Assembly (NCBI GenBank): GCA_902769055.1 | Contig: CACXNL010000003.1 | Coordinates: forward strand, 20,693 to 84,692 | Length of the DNA stretch: 64,000 nt | Direction of reading: 5' to 3' | Origin: an uncultured Pseudomonadota bacterium | Lineage (GTDB): Bacteria > Pseudomonadota > Alphaproteobacteria > RUG11792 | In this document: positions 28,812 to 37,502 of the stretch, in pieces | How the letters are laid out: every line of letters starts with the position of its first letter | How positions within the stretch are numbered: position 1 is the first letter of the stretch | The notes under the pieces: generated by a model | Told to the model about the DNA's origin: nothing | The model's input: the letters and a program-made list of their open reading frames with translations, nothing else | The model's database searches: none | Translations under genes and position numbers: made by a program

Positions 28812-29946
28812 ATGCAAATGAATGAAAGTAGAGCTCTTTTGCTTGCCGGCGTTGTGATGTTTTCGGCGGTGAGTAGTGTACAGGTAGAATGTCTCCGAAG
28901 CGGATACCAGTGCGCAGTTGCCTTCGTTTATACGCATGAAAATAGGCGACTACGACAATGGGCGACGTTTAGAGTCTTTTTACATTGATGGGTGCCTGGA
29001 TGAATTGACTGATGTGACAGTGATTATTTCTGGAAAGAATGGTCGGTTTTGCCTGGGTGGAGGATGCAAGCCGTTTTTTAACTTAAACATTGAGAACCTC
29101 AGGTTGCATTTGTCCATTGAGAACGGCGTTGAACTACTTGGGGATTGTAGTCAGTTGTTCTATAACTCGTCGTCGATATACAGCATTAAGTTCGAGAATG
29201 TAGATACAAGCCGGATGACCTCGATGAAAGAAATGTTCTGTATTTGCCCGAACATTTCTGAATTAGACTTACGTTCTTTTAACACGAAGAACATAGATAA
29301 GGAAGAGATGGGGTTTTTGTTCAATAGTTGTAACAGCTTGGTTAAGCTGAACATAGCTTCGTTTACAGAAGAACAGAAGGGCACCGATAATGTGCTGAGG
29401 ATGTTTGTTGGTGGTGACGTATTGAAGTCGTTGTCGTTTGACAAAAAACTGGCTTACATCCGCGCTATAAGAGGCAAAGTGGAGATCATAGAAGACGATG
29501 TTGCATGTGAAAACAAGTTTTTGCAATTTGAGCAGCATAGTGGTGAACCTAGTTCATCACAACCGGTGGCTATTGAGTCGGAAAAGGACGAGGATTTGAA
29601 ACTTAATAGCAAAATAACATTGAAGCAAAAGGGAGAACTGACGATCCTAGCGCCTGAAAAATCGAATGAAGTTTCTCATAAAGAAAACAGCCAACTTAAA
29701 GCTGATGTCGAGCGTGAAGAACCGTTTAACAGATTAGAAACACCAATTTCGAGCAGTACATTTAAAAAGAATTCTGAGATTTCGATCGCGAGACCACAGG
29801 TAGTAATAACTAAGGACGATAAAGAAAAAGCAAAAACTGCAACAGTTGAGGTGCAACAATCAAAGCAACATAAACCTTGGTATACTCCTATAGTTAAATT
29901 TTGCAGCTGGGTAAAACGCACAGTTTTGTCATGGTTCGGACGCTAA
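28812..29946 (+). pseudogene. Family member E (DUF285/BspA-like repeats), disrupted by a frameshift between the signal peptide and the body
   Basis: The signal peptide MQMNESRALLLAGVVMFSAVSSVQVE is in one frame (stops at 28988). The homologous body (from 28888, ..SAQLPSFIRMKIG.., DUF285-like CSQLFYNSSSIYSIKFENVDTSRMTSMKEMF, tail KPWYTPIVKFCSWVKRTVLSWFGR) is in the +1 frame. The required shift lies between 28888 and about 28910. Confidence 0.6.
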
Positions 29947-30003
29947 AATAGGTGACGGGTGAGCCAACAAAGGTTCACTCGTTGTGATTTGCGTGTAACG
30001 CGC

Positions 30004-30012
30004 GGGGGGGGG
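30004..30012 (+). repeat. Orphan G9 tract inside a degenerate copy of the family promoter module
   Basis: gtgtaacgcgc-G9-tgtggattgtgg resembles gtgttaacatatgtcgc-G6TG4-aattgttc at 28751. It lies 16 nt upstream of the argS -35 box and no family gene follows. Confidence 0.6.
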
Positions 30013-30027
30013 TGTGGATTGTGGACG

Positions 30028-30056
30028 TTGACCAAATTGCTAAAGTGGGGTACAAT
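30028..30056 (+). promoter_or_regulatory. Predicted sigma70-type promoter of argS
   Basis: TTGACC - 17 nt - TACAAT, 39 nt upstream of ATG 30095. Confidence 0.55.
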
Positions 30057-30094
30057 TTCCGGTATTCGTGTTATAGTTGCCGGTTCTGTTAGAG

Positions 30095-31837
30095 ATGTTT
30101 CAAGCGATACGTGAGTGTATTTTTGATGGTATGAAGTCGTTTTTAAAGGCGGAGACGCTTGTTAGAAGCACGGATGTTCTTGTAGAGCAGCCGAAAGACA
30201 AAGCGTATGGCGACTTATACACCAATGCTGCGATGATTTTTGCGAAGCGTCTGGGCGTCGCTCCGAAAGTTCTGGCTAAGGCAATCTGCGAGGCGTTACG
30301 GAAAAGTGAGGATGTTGCATCAGCATCAATAGCGGGCGCCGGTTTTGTGAATTTTAAATTGCGTAGTGAGGCTTGGCAGAAGGTTATACCTGAAGTAATC
30401 AAGCAAAAAAAAAGCTATAGCTATTCGAATGTTTTTGGTAATACTCCGATAAATCTTGAGTTTGTTTCGGCAAATCCGACAGGTCCTTTGCATACCGGGC
30501 ATGCGAGGAATGCTGTATTTGGAAGTGTTGTCGCAAATTTGCTAGAGCGCATTGGGTATAAGGTCACACGAGAATTTTACATAAATGACCAGGGACACCA
30601 AATAAAATTTTTGGCGAAATCTGTGTATCTGCGGTACTGCGAGCTGCTGGGAAAGGAAGTTTCTGAGAGCGATTTCACCTCCGATATGTATTGTGGCGAT
30701 TACATTAAGGATTTGGCGAAAGAGCTGGTAGAAAGCTATAGTGGCAAGTTTTTGGACAAAGAAGAAGCGGACTGGTTGGATTTTTTCTGCCGCTATTCTA
30801 TCGATAGAATGCTGGAGAACATCAAAAATGACCTGGCACTTCTCGGCGTTGTTATGGATAAGTACTCTTCCGAAGCGGAGTTGTGCAAACGTAATCTTGT
30901 TAACGAAGCGCTGGATATTCTGAAGAAACACGATGATATTTACGAGGGCGTGTTGCCGAGACCTAAGGGAATCACCGATGCGGACGACTGGGAAGAGCGT
31001 CCCCAGACCTTGTTTAAGTCGACGAAATATGGTGATGACGTTGACAGAGCTATACGTAAGTCCGACGGCACATGGACGTATTTTGCTGGGGATTTAGCGT
31101 ATCACCTGGACAAGATACAGCGCGGATACTCAAAAATGATAGCGATTTTGGGCGCTGACCATAACGGGTACGTGAAGCGGCTGAAATCGGCTGTAAGTGC
31201 GCTAAGTGGTGGAAAAGCCTCTTTGGAGGTACGGCTGTACCAGTTGGTAAATTTTCTTGAAAATGGAAAGCCAGTTAGGATGTCGAAGCGTGCCGGAACC
31301 TTTATAACACTGCGGGAAGTTGTGGAACGTGTAGGCAAGGATGTCACACGTTATATGATGATTTCGCGGCATCACGACGTTATGATAGATTTCGATTTCG
31401 TGAAAGCGGTCGAGCATTCGATGGATAATCCGCTGTTCTATATACAATATGCGTATGCGCGAATTTGTTCTGTTTTCAGGCATTTTGAGGCAGAAAATGG
31501 AAAGATAAGCGAGGATGAGCTTGTGAATTGCGACAAGTCTATACTGTCTGACGACGCGGAAATTTCGCTTATGAAAGCCCTGGCTTTCTGGAAAGAACAA
31601 GTAAAATCAACAGCGCTCGCGATAGAACCGCATAGGATACCTGTATATATGCAGAATATAGCGTCACTTTTCCATTCGTTGTGGAATAAAGGCAAGTCGA
31701 ATACGGAGTTACGTTTTATCGATCCGACGAACAGGAACGATACGGTGGCTCGATTGTCTCTATTGATGGCAACAAAGAGCGTCTTAGATGATGGATTTGC
31801 TATAATGGGGATAACTCCAATGTCTGAAATGAGATAA
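30095..31837 (+). CDS. argS: Arginine--tRNA ligase
   Basis: Class I motifs SANPTGPLHTGHARN (HIGH) and MSKRAG (KMSKS), plus the DALR anticodon-binding C-terminus. The ORF track starts at TTG 30077; the first ATG is at 30095. Confidence 0.93.
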   Translation: MFQAIRECIFDGMKSFLKAETLVRSTDVLVEQPKDKAYGDLYTNAAMIFAKRLGVAPKVLAKAICEALRKSEDVASASIAGAGFVNFKLRSEAWQKVIPEVIKQKKSYSYSNVFGNTPINLEFVSANPTGPLHTGHARNAVFGSVVANLLERIGYKVTREFYINDQGHQIKFLAKSVYLRYCELLGKEVSESDFTSDMYCGDYIKDLAKELVESYSGKFLDKEEADWLDFFCRYSIDRMLENIKNDLALLGVVMDKYSSEAELCKRNLVNEALDILKKHDDIYEGVLPRPKGITDADDWEERPQTLFKSTKYGDDVDRAIRKSDGTWTYFAGDLAYHLDKIQRGYSKMIAILGADHNGYVKRLKSAVSALSGGKASLEVRLYQLVNFLENGKPVRMSKRAGTFITLREVVERVGKDVTRYMMISRHHDVMIDFDFVKAVEHSMDNPLFYIQYAYARICSVFRHFEAENGKISEDELVNCDKSILSDDAEISLMKALAFWKEQVKSTALAIEPHRIPVYMQNIASLFHSLWNKGKSNTELRFIDPTNRNDTVARLSLLMATKSVLDDGFAIMGITPMSEMR

Positions 31838-31848
31838 AAGCCGAGGAC

Positions 31849-32862
31849 GTGGCGATGAACGACAATTTCAGGAAAAAGAAAAGCGGCGACAATAAGCAGA
31901 GGTATTTGCGGTACGATGATGTTTTTATATCACCGAAAAGTGCGAATAAGCAGCGGAATACCAGACCGTTTGTTGACTATAACGAACCTGAAGTTGTAGA
32001 TGATATGACCGAGTCCGATGATGTATACGAGGATGGCGAATATCAGGACTATGTTACTGATGATGACCCAAGAGAGGGTGAATATTTCGCTGGTAAAAAT
32101 AACATAATAAATGAGAGAATGGTGCGGTACCAGCGCCGTCGGTTGCCGCCATTGCAGAGGTACACTCCGAATAGTCACCGTGATGCTTATGCCGAATATA
32201 ACCAGTCGTACTGGGATGACGAGCGAGGTAGACAGCGCCACCAGCGGCTGTTACCATTAAGGGCTCTTTGGCAGAAGTTTATGGTAACTTTTGCGGCGAT
32301 TTTGTCGCTTATTTGCATTTCTTGGCTGGTATACAACTGGAACAATACCAAGTCCAATACTCAGTATGCGGCAAATGGGATACCGATTATAGAGCCTGGG
32401 CAGCCAACGTTTAAGGTTTTGCCGGAGGCGCCTGGCGGGGCGGAGATAGCATACAAGGACAAGTCGGTTTATAGCAAAGTGGATGGCAGTGTTGCCTCGA
32501 ATAAGCCGGATGAACGACTATTACCGCCTCAGGAGGATACTTTTGACATACCGGAGCAAAGTCGCTCGGTGCCGTACGGGAATGATGTGGAGGAGTATTC
32601 GATAGTAAGCGATAAGATATACTTTATAAAGATTTCCGCAGGTAAGGATAGGCAGGTGTTGATAAATGAGGCGAAGTTACTGAAAAAGAAGCACGCGAAT
32701 TTGTTTGAGGGCAAGGAGGTGTTCGTAAAGAAAGTAAGTAATTCCAGGGGCGAAACCCAACGCGCAATACTGGTCGGTCCCTACACGATGCAGGATGCCG
32801 CAATAACTACGGCTCAGCGCCTTGATATGCGTTGCTCAGTAATTTCGGTGAAAGAAGAGTAG
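31849..32862 (+). CDS. SPOR domain-containing membrane protein
   Basis: 337 aa. Charged N-terminus, one TM helix (FMVTFAAILSLICISWLVY), C-terminal SPOR-like domain (YFIKISAGKDRQVLINEAKLL....RAILVGPYTMQDAAITTAQRL). Position after argS is common in alphaproteobacteria. Confidence 0.8.
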   Translation: MAMNDNFRKKKSGDNKQRYLRYDDVFISPKSANKQRNTRPFVDYNEPEVVDDMTESDDVYEDGEYQDYVTDDDPREGEYFAGKNNIINERMVRYQRRRLPPLQRYTPNSHRDAYAEYNQSYWDDERGRQRHQRLLPLRALWQKFMVTFAAILSLICISWLVYNWNNTKSNTQYAANGIPIIEPGQPTFKVLPEAPGGAEIAYKDKSVYSKVDGSVASNKPDERLLPPQEDTFDIPEQSRSVPYGNDVEEYSIVSDKIYFIKISAGKDRQVLINEAKLLKKKHANLFEGKEVFVKKVSNSRGETQRAILVGPYTMQDAAITTAQRLDMRCSVISVKEE

Positions 32863-32868
32863 GCGGTC

Positions 32869-34014
32869 ATGCACAAGGGTTTATTTATTGTGGATTTTAC
32901 TCAAGAGGCTGAAGATTTTTTGATGTTGGATAAATTTGCGAAAGTTGTATCACGATCGAAAGCGGATTTGACCTATAGACAGTTGCCGCATTATTCGCGC
33001 AGTTACGTCGATTTTTCGAGCAACAATTACCTTGGCTTGTCGCAACAACCCGAAGTTATAGAGGCGGGCATTGCGGCAGCACGGAGGTATGGCGCAGGGG
33101 CGACTGGTTCTCGACTGCTTTCCGGAAATTATGAATTGTTTGAGGAATTCGAGGCGCAGATAGCCCGAGATAAAGGTACAGATGCTGCGCTGATTTTTAA
33201 TTGCGGATTTCAAGCGAATTCTGGAGTAATTGAGTGTTTGACCGACAAACATACCCTGGTTATTTTCGATATGTTAAATCACGCCAGTATGTATCAGGGC
33301 GTATTTGCGAGCGGCGCAAAATTAAAGCGTTTTCAGCATTTGGACTATACGCATTTAGAAGATATTTTAAAAGATGCGGTTAGGGAGTATAAAGATATAC
33401 TTGTTGTATCGGATACCGTATTTGGAATGGATGGAGACATCGCGGATATTCAAACTTTAATAGGTATATCAGAGGAATACGGTGCTATATTGTATCTCGA
33501 CGAGGCGCACGCGACCGGGCTTTACGGCAAGGGCGGGTATGGTCTTACTAAAAACTTCGATTTTGATAAGGAAAAAGTTATCATAATGGGGACTTTTAGT
33601 AAGGCTATTGGTTCGAGTGGGGCTTATGTTGCCTGTTCAGGTCTTATCAAAGATTTCCTGATACAGAAATGCAAAAGTTTTATTTATTCGACGGCACTTT
33701 CTCCGTTTTGTATTGGCGCTGCACAGAAAGCGTGGGAAATGCTGCCGTCATTGAACAGTATTCGTCAGAATATTATGCGTCGCGCGGAAAAGATACGCAG
33801 CGCTTTGGGAGGTGGCGGAAGTAAGACTAATATAGTGCCGATTTTGTTCAAAACGACGGAAGAGATGATGTTGAAAAAGCAAATTTTGGAAGCTAATGGC
33901 ATTATAGTTTCGGGTATACGTCCTCCAACTTCGCCAACGCCGCGTCTGAGAATTGCCGTTAACGCGACGCATACGGATGATGATATAGAGAAATTGATTG
34001 GAGTTTTAGCATAA
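32869..34014 (+). CDS. bioF: 8-amino-7-oxononanoate synthase
   Basis: 381 aa, alpha-oxoamine synthase family. SNNYLGL, DEAHATG and PLP-lysine motif TFSKAIGSSGAYV. Confidence 0.88.
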   Translation: MHKGLFIVDFTQEAEDFLMLDKFAKVVSRSKADLTYRQLPHYSRSYVDFSSNNYLGLSQQPEVIEAGIAAARRYGAGATGSRLLSGNYELFEEFEAQIARDKGTDAALIFNCGFQANSGVIECLTDKHTLVIFDMLNHASMYQGVFASGAKLKRFQHLDYTHLEDILKDAVREYKDILVVSDTVFGMDGDIADIQTLIGISEEYGAILYLDEAHATGLYGKGGYGLTKNFDFDKEKVIIMGTFSKAIGSSGAYVACSGLIKDFLIQKCKSFIYSTALSPFCIGAAQKAWEMLPSLNSIRQNIMRRAEKIRSALGGGGSKTNIVPILFKTTEEMMLKKQILEANGIIVSGIRPPTSPTPRLRIAVNATHTDDDIEKLIGVLA

Positions 34015-34607
34015 TGAAGAATTATTTATTGGCACATGGTTTTGGTTTTACGAATGATTACTGGCAAAATTTAACACCATTGTTGGATGGGGCTATATAT
34101 TTTTTTGATGCTCCGGATTTGGATAAATCAAAGACATACATCGGAATTGGGCATTCAATGGGATTTTTAAAACTCAACAATTCTGGATTGAAATTCGAGG
34201 CATTGGTAGCACTACAGGGCTTTCTGAATTATTGTGGAAGTACTGTTAGAATGCGGAGAGTTCGCGAAGCAGAATTGGCAAAGTTCAGAGAAAATGTAAA
34301 CTTAAATAAAAATGAGTGTTTAAGAAAATTTCGCGAATTTTGTGGATATACTCAAGATGTATTGGCTGATATTCCGTTGCACTTGTTGCAGGATGAATTA
34401 AACATGATGGAAAATAGTTACGAGCATTGCGGAGTAAAGACCTTAGTTATCGGAAGTACCGATGATGTCATTGTTCCAATGTCTATTATAAATGACAACT
34501 TTGCCCATTTAAAAAATGTTTCGATAGTTCTGCTGAATAATGGACGGCACGCACTGGGATACCTTTACCCCGAAATTGTTGCGAAGAAAATCTATGAATT
34601 TCAATGA
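34014..34607 (+). CDS. Small alpha/beta-hydrolase, probable pimeloyl-ACP methyl ester esterase (BioH/BioG-type role)
   Basis: 197 aa. Nucleophile elbow GIGHSMG. Position between bioF and bioC is typical of the esterase of the BioC-BioH pathway. Family assignment not resolved. Confidence 0.55.
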   Translation: MKNYLLAHGFGFTNDYWQNLTPLLDGAIYFFDAPDLDKSKTYIGIGHSMGFLKLNNSGLKFEALVALQGFLNYCGSTVRMRRVREAELAKFRENVNLNKNECLRKFREFCGYTQDVLADIPLHLLQDELNMMENSYEHCGVKTLVIGSTDDVIVPMSIINDNFAHLKNVSIVLLNNGRHALGYLYPEIVAKKIYEFQ

Positions 34608-35307
34608 TGCTGCTCTGGGTTACGACGAAAGTGCATTTGCACAAAAGCGGTGCGCTGTAGAGCTGGTCAAAATGCTTCCCAACGAAAACATTGCGTCGTT
34701 TATCGATGTAGGCGCGGGCACTGGCTTTGCTTCAGTCGAAGTTTTGAAGAAGTTCCCGAATGCAAAAGCGTTATTGCTTGATAAATCTGCAAGAATGTTA
34801 GAGATTGCAAAGACAAAAATCCCGTGCGCAACAACGATAATTGCTGATGCGGAAGTATTCGAGTTTTCAACGTACAATTTTGATTTAGCAATCGCAAATC
34901 TATCCCTTCAGTGGTTCAAGGATTTGGGTACTTTTATGACAAAAGTTTCATCCCATGCCAAGTATTTTGCATTTTCAATACCATTAAAAGGTAGCTTTAA
35001 AGAATATTTTGATGTTTTTAGAAATGTTAAATATCCAGATATAAAACTTTATACAGAAAGCGCGATTTTAGATATCATTCAGCAAAACGCAAAAGTTGTT
35101 TCAGCAAAACGCTGTATTATAAACGAAACCTATCCAAATGCCATTGAAGCAGCTAGACACTTCAGAAACATCGGCGCAATAACAACAGTAAATCAACAAA
35201 TTCAATCAAAAATCGCGGCTCGACTAAAAGCTCACCAAACGCCAGTAATGATAAGTTACGACATGTTTTTGTGTTTATTAAAAAGCCCCCTCACAATCCA
35301 GCACTAA
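34594..35307 (+). CDS. bioC: Malonyl-ACP O-methyltransferase
   Basis: Start MNFNDAALGYDESAFAQKR. SAM-binding motif FIDVGAGTGF, LSLQW motif. Follows bioF and the esterase. Confidence 0.8.
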   Translation: MNFNDAALGYDESAFAQKRCAVELVKMLPNENIASFIDVGAGTGFASVEVLKKFPNAKALLLDKSARMLEIAKTKIPCATTIIADAEVFEFSTYNFDLAIANLSLQWFKDLGTFMTKVSSHAKYFAFSIPLKGSFKEYFDVFRNVKYPDIKLYTESAILDIIQQNAKVVSAKRCIINETYPNAIEAARHFRNIGAITTVNQQIQSKIAARLKAHQTPVMISYDMFLCLLKSPLTIQH

Positions 35308-35333
35308 AATGTCCCTCCTCGTGCGAAAGCAAT

Positions 35334-35828
35334 TCAGGCTGCCTGTAAAACCATCTCAAGACGGCGTACTGCCTCGGATTCATCGATGTTTTCAACCACA
35401 GAAACCTCCCGCGCCAGCCGTTCCATCGCTTGCTGATACATCTGTCTTTCACTAAATGAAAGCTCCATTTCCCCTCCCTCTTTGTATAACTCGCGAACAA
35501 CTTGCGCTATGTTGACTGGATTTCCCGAATTGATTTTCAGCTCATACTCTTGAGCCCTTTTGCTCCACATCGCTTTTTTTCTTTTGCTTTTATGACGCAG
35601 AAACTCGAAAACTTCATTTATGTCATCTTTTGTTGAAATTTTCCGAAGCCCAGCGGAAACAGCTTTAACGGCTGGAATCTTTAAAGTCAAATTACACTTC
35701 TCGAAGTAAACTACAAGAAATTCCACGGATTCGTTATCCACTTCAACAGTCTCGACACCGCTTAATTTCCCAACTCCATGAGACGGATAAACTACCCATG
35801 ATCCAATTTCGAAGCCATTTCCACACAT
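35334..35828 (-). CDS. carD: CarD/CdnL family transcriptional regulator
   Basis: CarD_CdnL_TRCF domain FEIGSWVVYPSHGVGKLSGVETVEV..EFLVVYF. Met at 35828 gives a protein of about 165 aa. The ORF-track extension to 35945 runs into the family upstream module. Confidence 0.85.
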   Translation of the reverse strand: MCGNGFEIGSWVVYPSHGVGKLSGVETVEVDNESVEFLVVYFEKCNLTLKIPAVKAVSAGLRKISTKDDINEVFEFLRHKSKRKKAMWSKRAQEYELKINSGNPVNIAQVVRELYKEGGEMELSFSERQMYQQAMERLAREVSVVENIDESEAVRRLEMVLQAA

Positions 35829-35958
35829 TATCCGAAACACAATTCCACAATCACACAAAGTCATGCTATCACAGCCTATCATCAAAGTCAATTTGCCGAT
35901 AATTGATGTTATGGCTAAGTTTATTGGGATACAGTTATTTATCAATTATTATTTGTAT

Positions 35959-36368
35959 TTCATTCTTCTTACAAAAAAGCAAGGAATGCTCCTGTGCAAA
36001 AATTGTGTCGCACACAATGCGTCGTTATTTGCGTTGAGGTTATCGCAAATTTTATGGATTAAAGCTATAAAATCAAGGCTTCTGGTGCGATTTTTATTTT
36101 TTTATACGATTTTGGTAAAAAAAGTTAAAAAATGTGTTGACAAAAGTCGCGGGGGGAGAATTAACTCGTGGTTTTGAAAAAGGTATTAAAAAATGCAAAT
36201 GAAGAAAAACAAAGTCCTGTTATTGAGTGGCACAGTGCTGTTTTCAGTGATGGGCGGTATCGAGAAAGCTAATAGCACCGAAATGCAAAACGAGATGAAC
36301 ATAATCAACGAAGAGAGACCCGTTGTGACAACAAATGTTGAGGAAAACAAGGCTCCGCGCATGGATGA
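35959..36368 (+). repeat. Family 5' cassette, copy A (upstream region, promoter, 5' UTR and first ~58 codons)
   Basis: Near-identical by eye to 41553-41963 (inverted) and 45042-45370 (direct). Similarity ends abruptly after the codons for ...ENKAPR. Confidence 0.8.
36137..36161 (+). promoter_or_regulatory. Family promoter of gene A with a G6 tract in the spacer
   Basis: TTGACA-aaagtcgc-G6(36151-36156)-AGAAT. If the -10 box is GAGAAT, the spacer is only 13 nt. Confidence 0.45.
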
Positions 36369-37412
36369 TGAGATAAAGAAGCGTACTGAAGAGCTTCTGG
36401 GAGGCGGGAAAAATATTGATATTCCTGATGACGGGAGAGAATACGTAGTAGTGCACCGCTTGAAAAAATTAAGAACGGATAAAGATATCGATAATGAGTT
36501 GCAAGTTGCTGTGCACCTGGCAGAGAGGGGAGAAGTATCCCTCCAATATTACAACGAGGATTTGCGAGAGTACTTTGAGGGGGAGAGACGTTTACGCGCA
36601 ACTTGGCTGCCGATTTGGGTCTAGAGGGTGTGCCATACGTAAGACCAGAAAATAAGGATAAAAAGCTCGACAATCAAGAATACGTTAAAGAGGAACAAAA
36701 TGAACCATATCGAATTGAGAAAAGCGACAGCAACGTTGACGTAAACTTGCAAGAATGTAAACTGGACTTCCGAGAACTCAAAAAGGAAGAGGAAGATAAA
36801 AAGCAGGACGAGAAAACAGAGCTGAATAATGAGGAAATAAACAATACCAACAATGAGGGCAATGATTTCAACATAAATAACGAAAAACAAGAGCCGGAAG
36901 TTCAAAACACCGCATACATCAATCTTGACGTGACGAAGAAAACACCATACTTTTTCCACGAAGATGAAGACTCAAATGACAACGACCCTACAATGTTGCG
37001 CGATATGCTCCAATATGAAGGCGAGGGCAAGAATGGCAACGAAATACAACAGATAGAGTTAAAAAACGAGATTGATAATGACAACGACATAATAAACTAT
37101 GAGCCAAACAACGACATACTAGGGAACAGCGAAAAAGATCCAGAGTTTCTTGCCAATGAGATGTATGAGAAAGTCACAGGGCAAAAGGTTCCGGAGCACA
37201 TACTAGCATATCAGCGCAAGATATATAATACGTATAAAATTGAGGATAAACAACCTGAGCACTCGATCGATATAGAAAAGGCAACTCACAAGACCTGGTT
37301 CCAAAAAGCGGTAACGACGGTAAAGAGTGGATTAAGTAATGCATGGTCAACTGTAAAACGCGGGTTTAGCTTTGGGTGGAGCAAAGTAAAATCTTCTGTA
37401 TTCAAATGGTAG
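36193..37412 (+). pseudogene. Family member A, split by a frameshift at an internal G5 tract
   Basis: ORFs 36193-36624 (signal peptide and N-terminus) and 36603-37412 (acidic core and tail KTWFQKAVTTVKSGLSNAWSTVKRGFSFGWSKVKSSVFKW) are in different frames. The downstream frame opens exactly at G5 (36579-36583). Paralog B reads GAG GGA GAG AC at the same place (G3). Confidence 0.7.
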
Positions 37413-37440
37413 TAATTGGAAATCAAAACTGAAATCAGCG

Positions 37441-37472
37441 GAGCATCACCTTAGCGGGTGATGCTCTTTTTT
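37441..37472 (+). terminator. Rho-independent terminator of family gene A
   Basis: GAGCATCACC-ttagcg-GGTGATGCTC followed by T6. Confidence 0.75.
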
Positions 37473-37502
37473 AAGGGTGTGGTACCTTTAATAGGTGCGA
37501 GA

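Noticed and set aside
35863-36177. 104-aa ORF (and its mirror 41801-41983, 60 aa) sharing the peptide ..ILLTKKQGM.LCKNCVAH..
   Set aside because: Both are translations of the conserved non-coding upstream part of the family 5' cassette. They read through the TTGACA/poly-G promoter and have no RBS. The similarity is explained by the DNA repeat, not by a coding gene.
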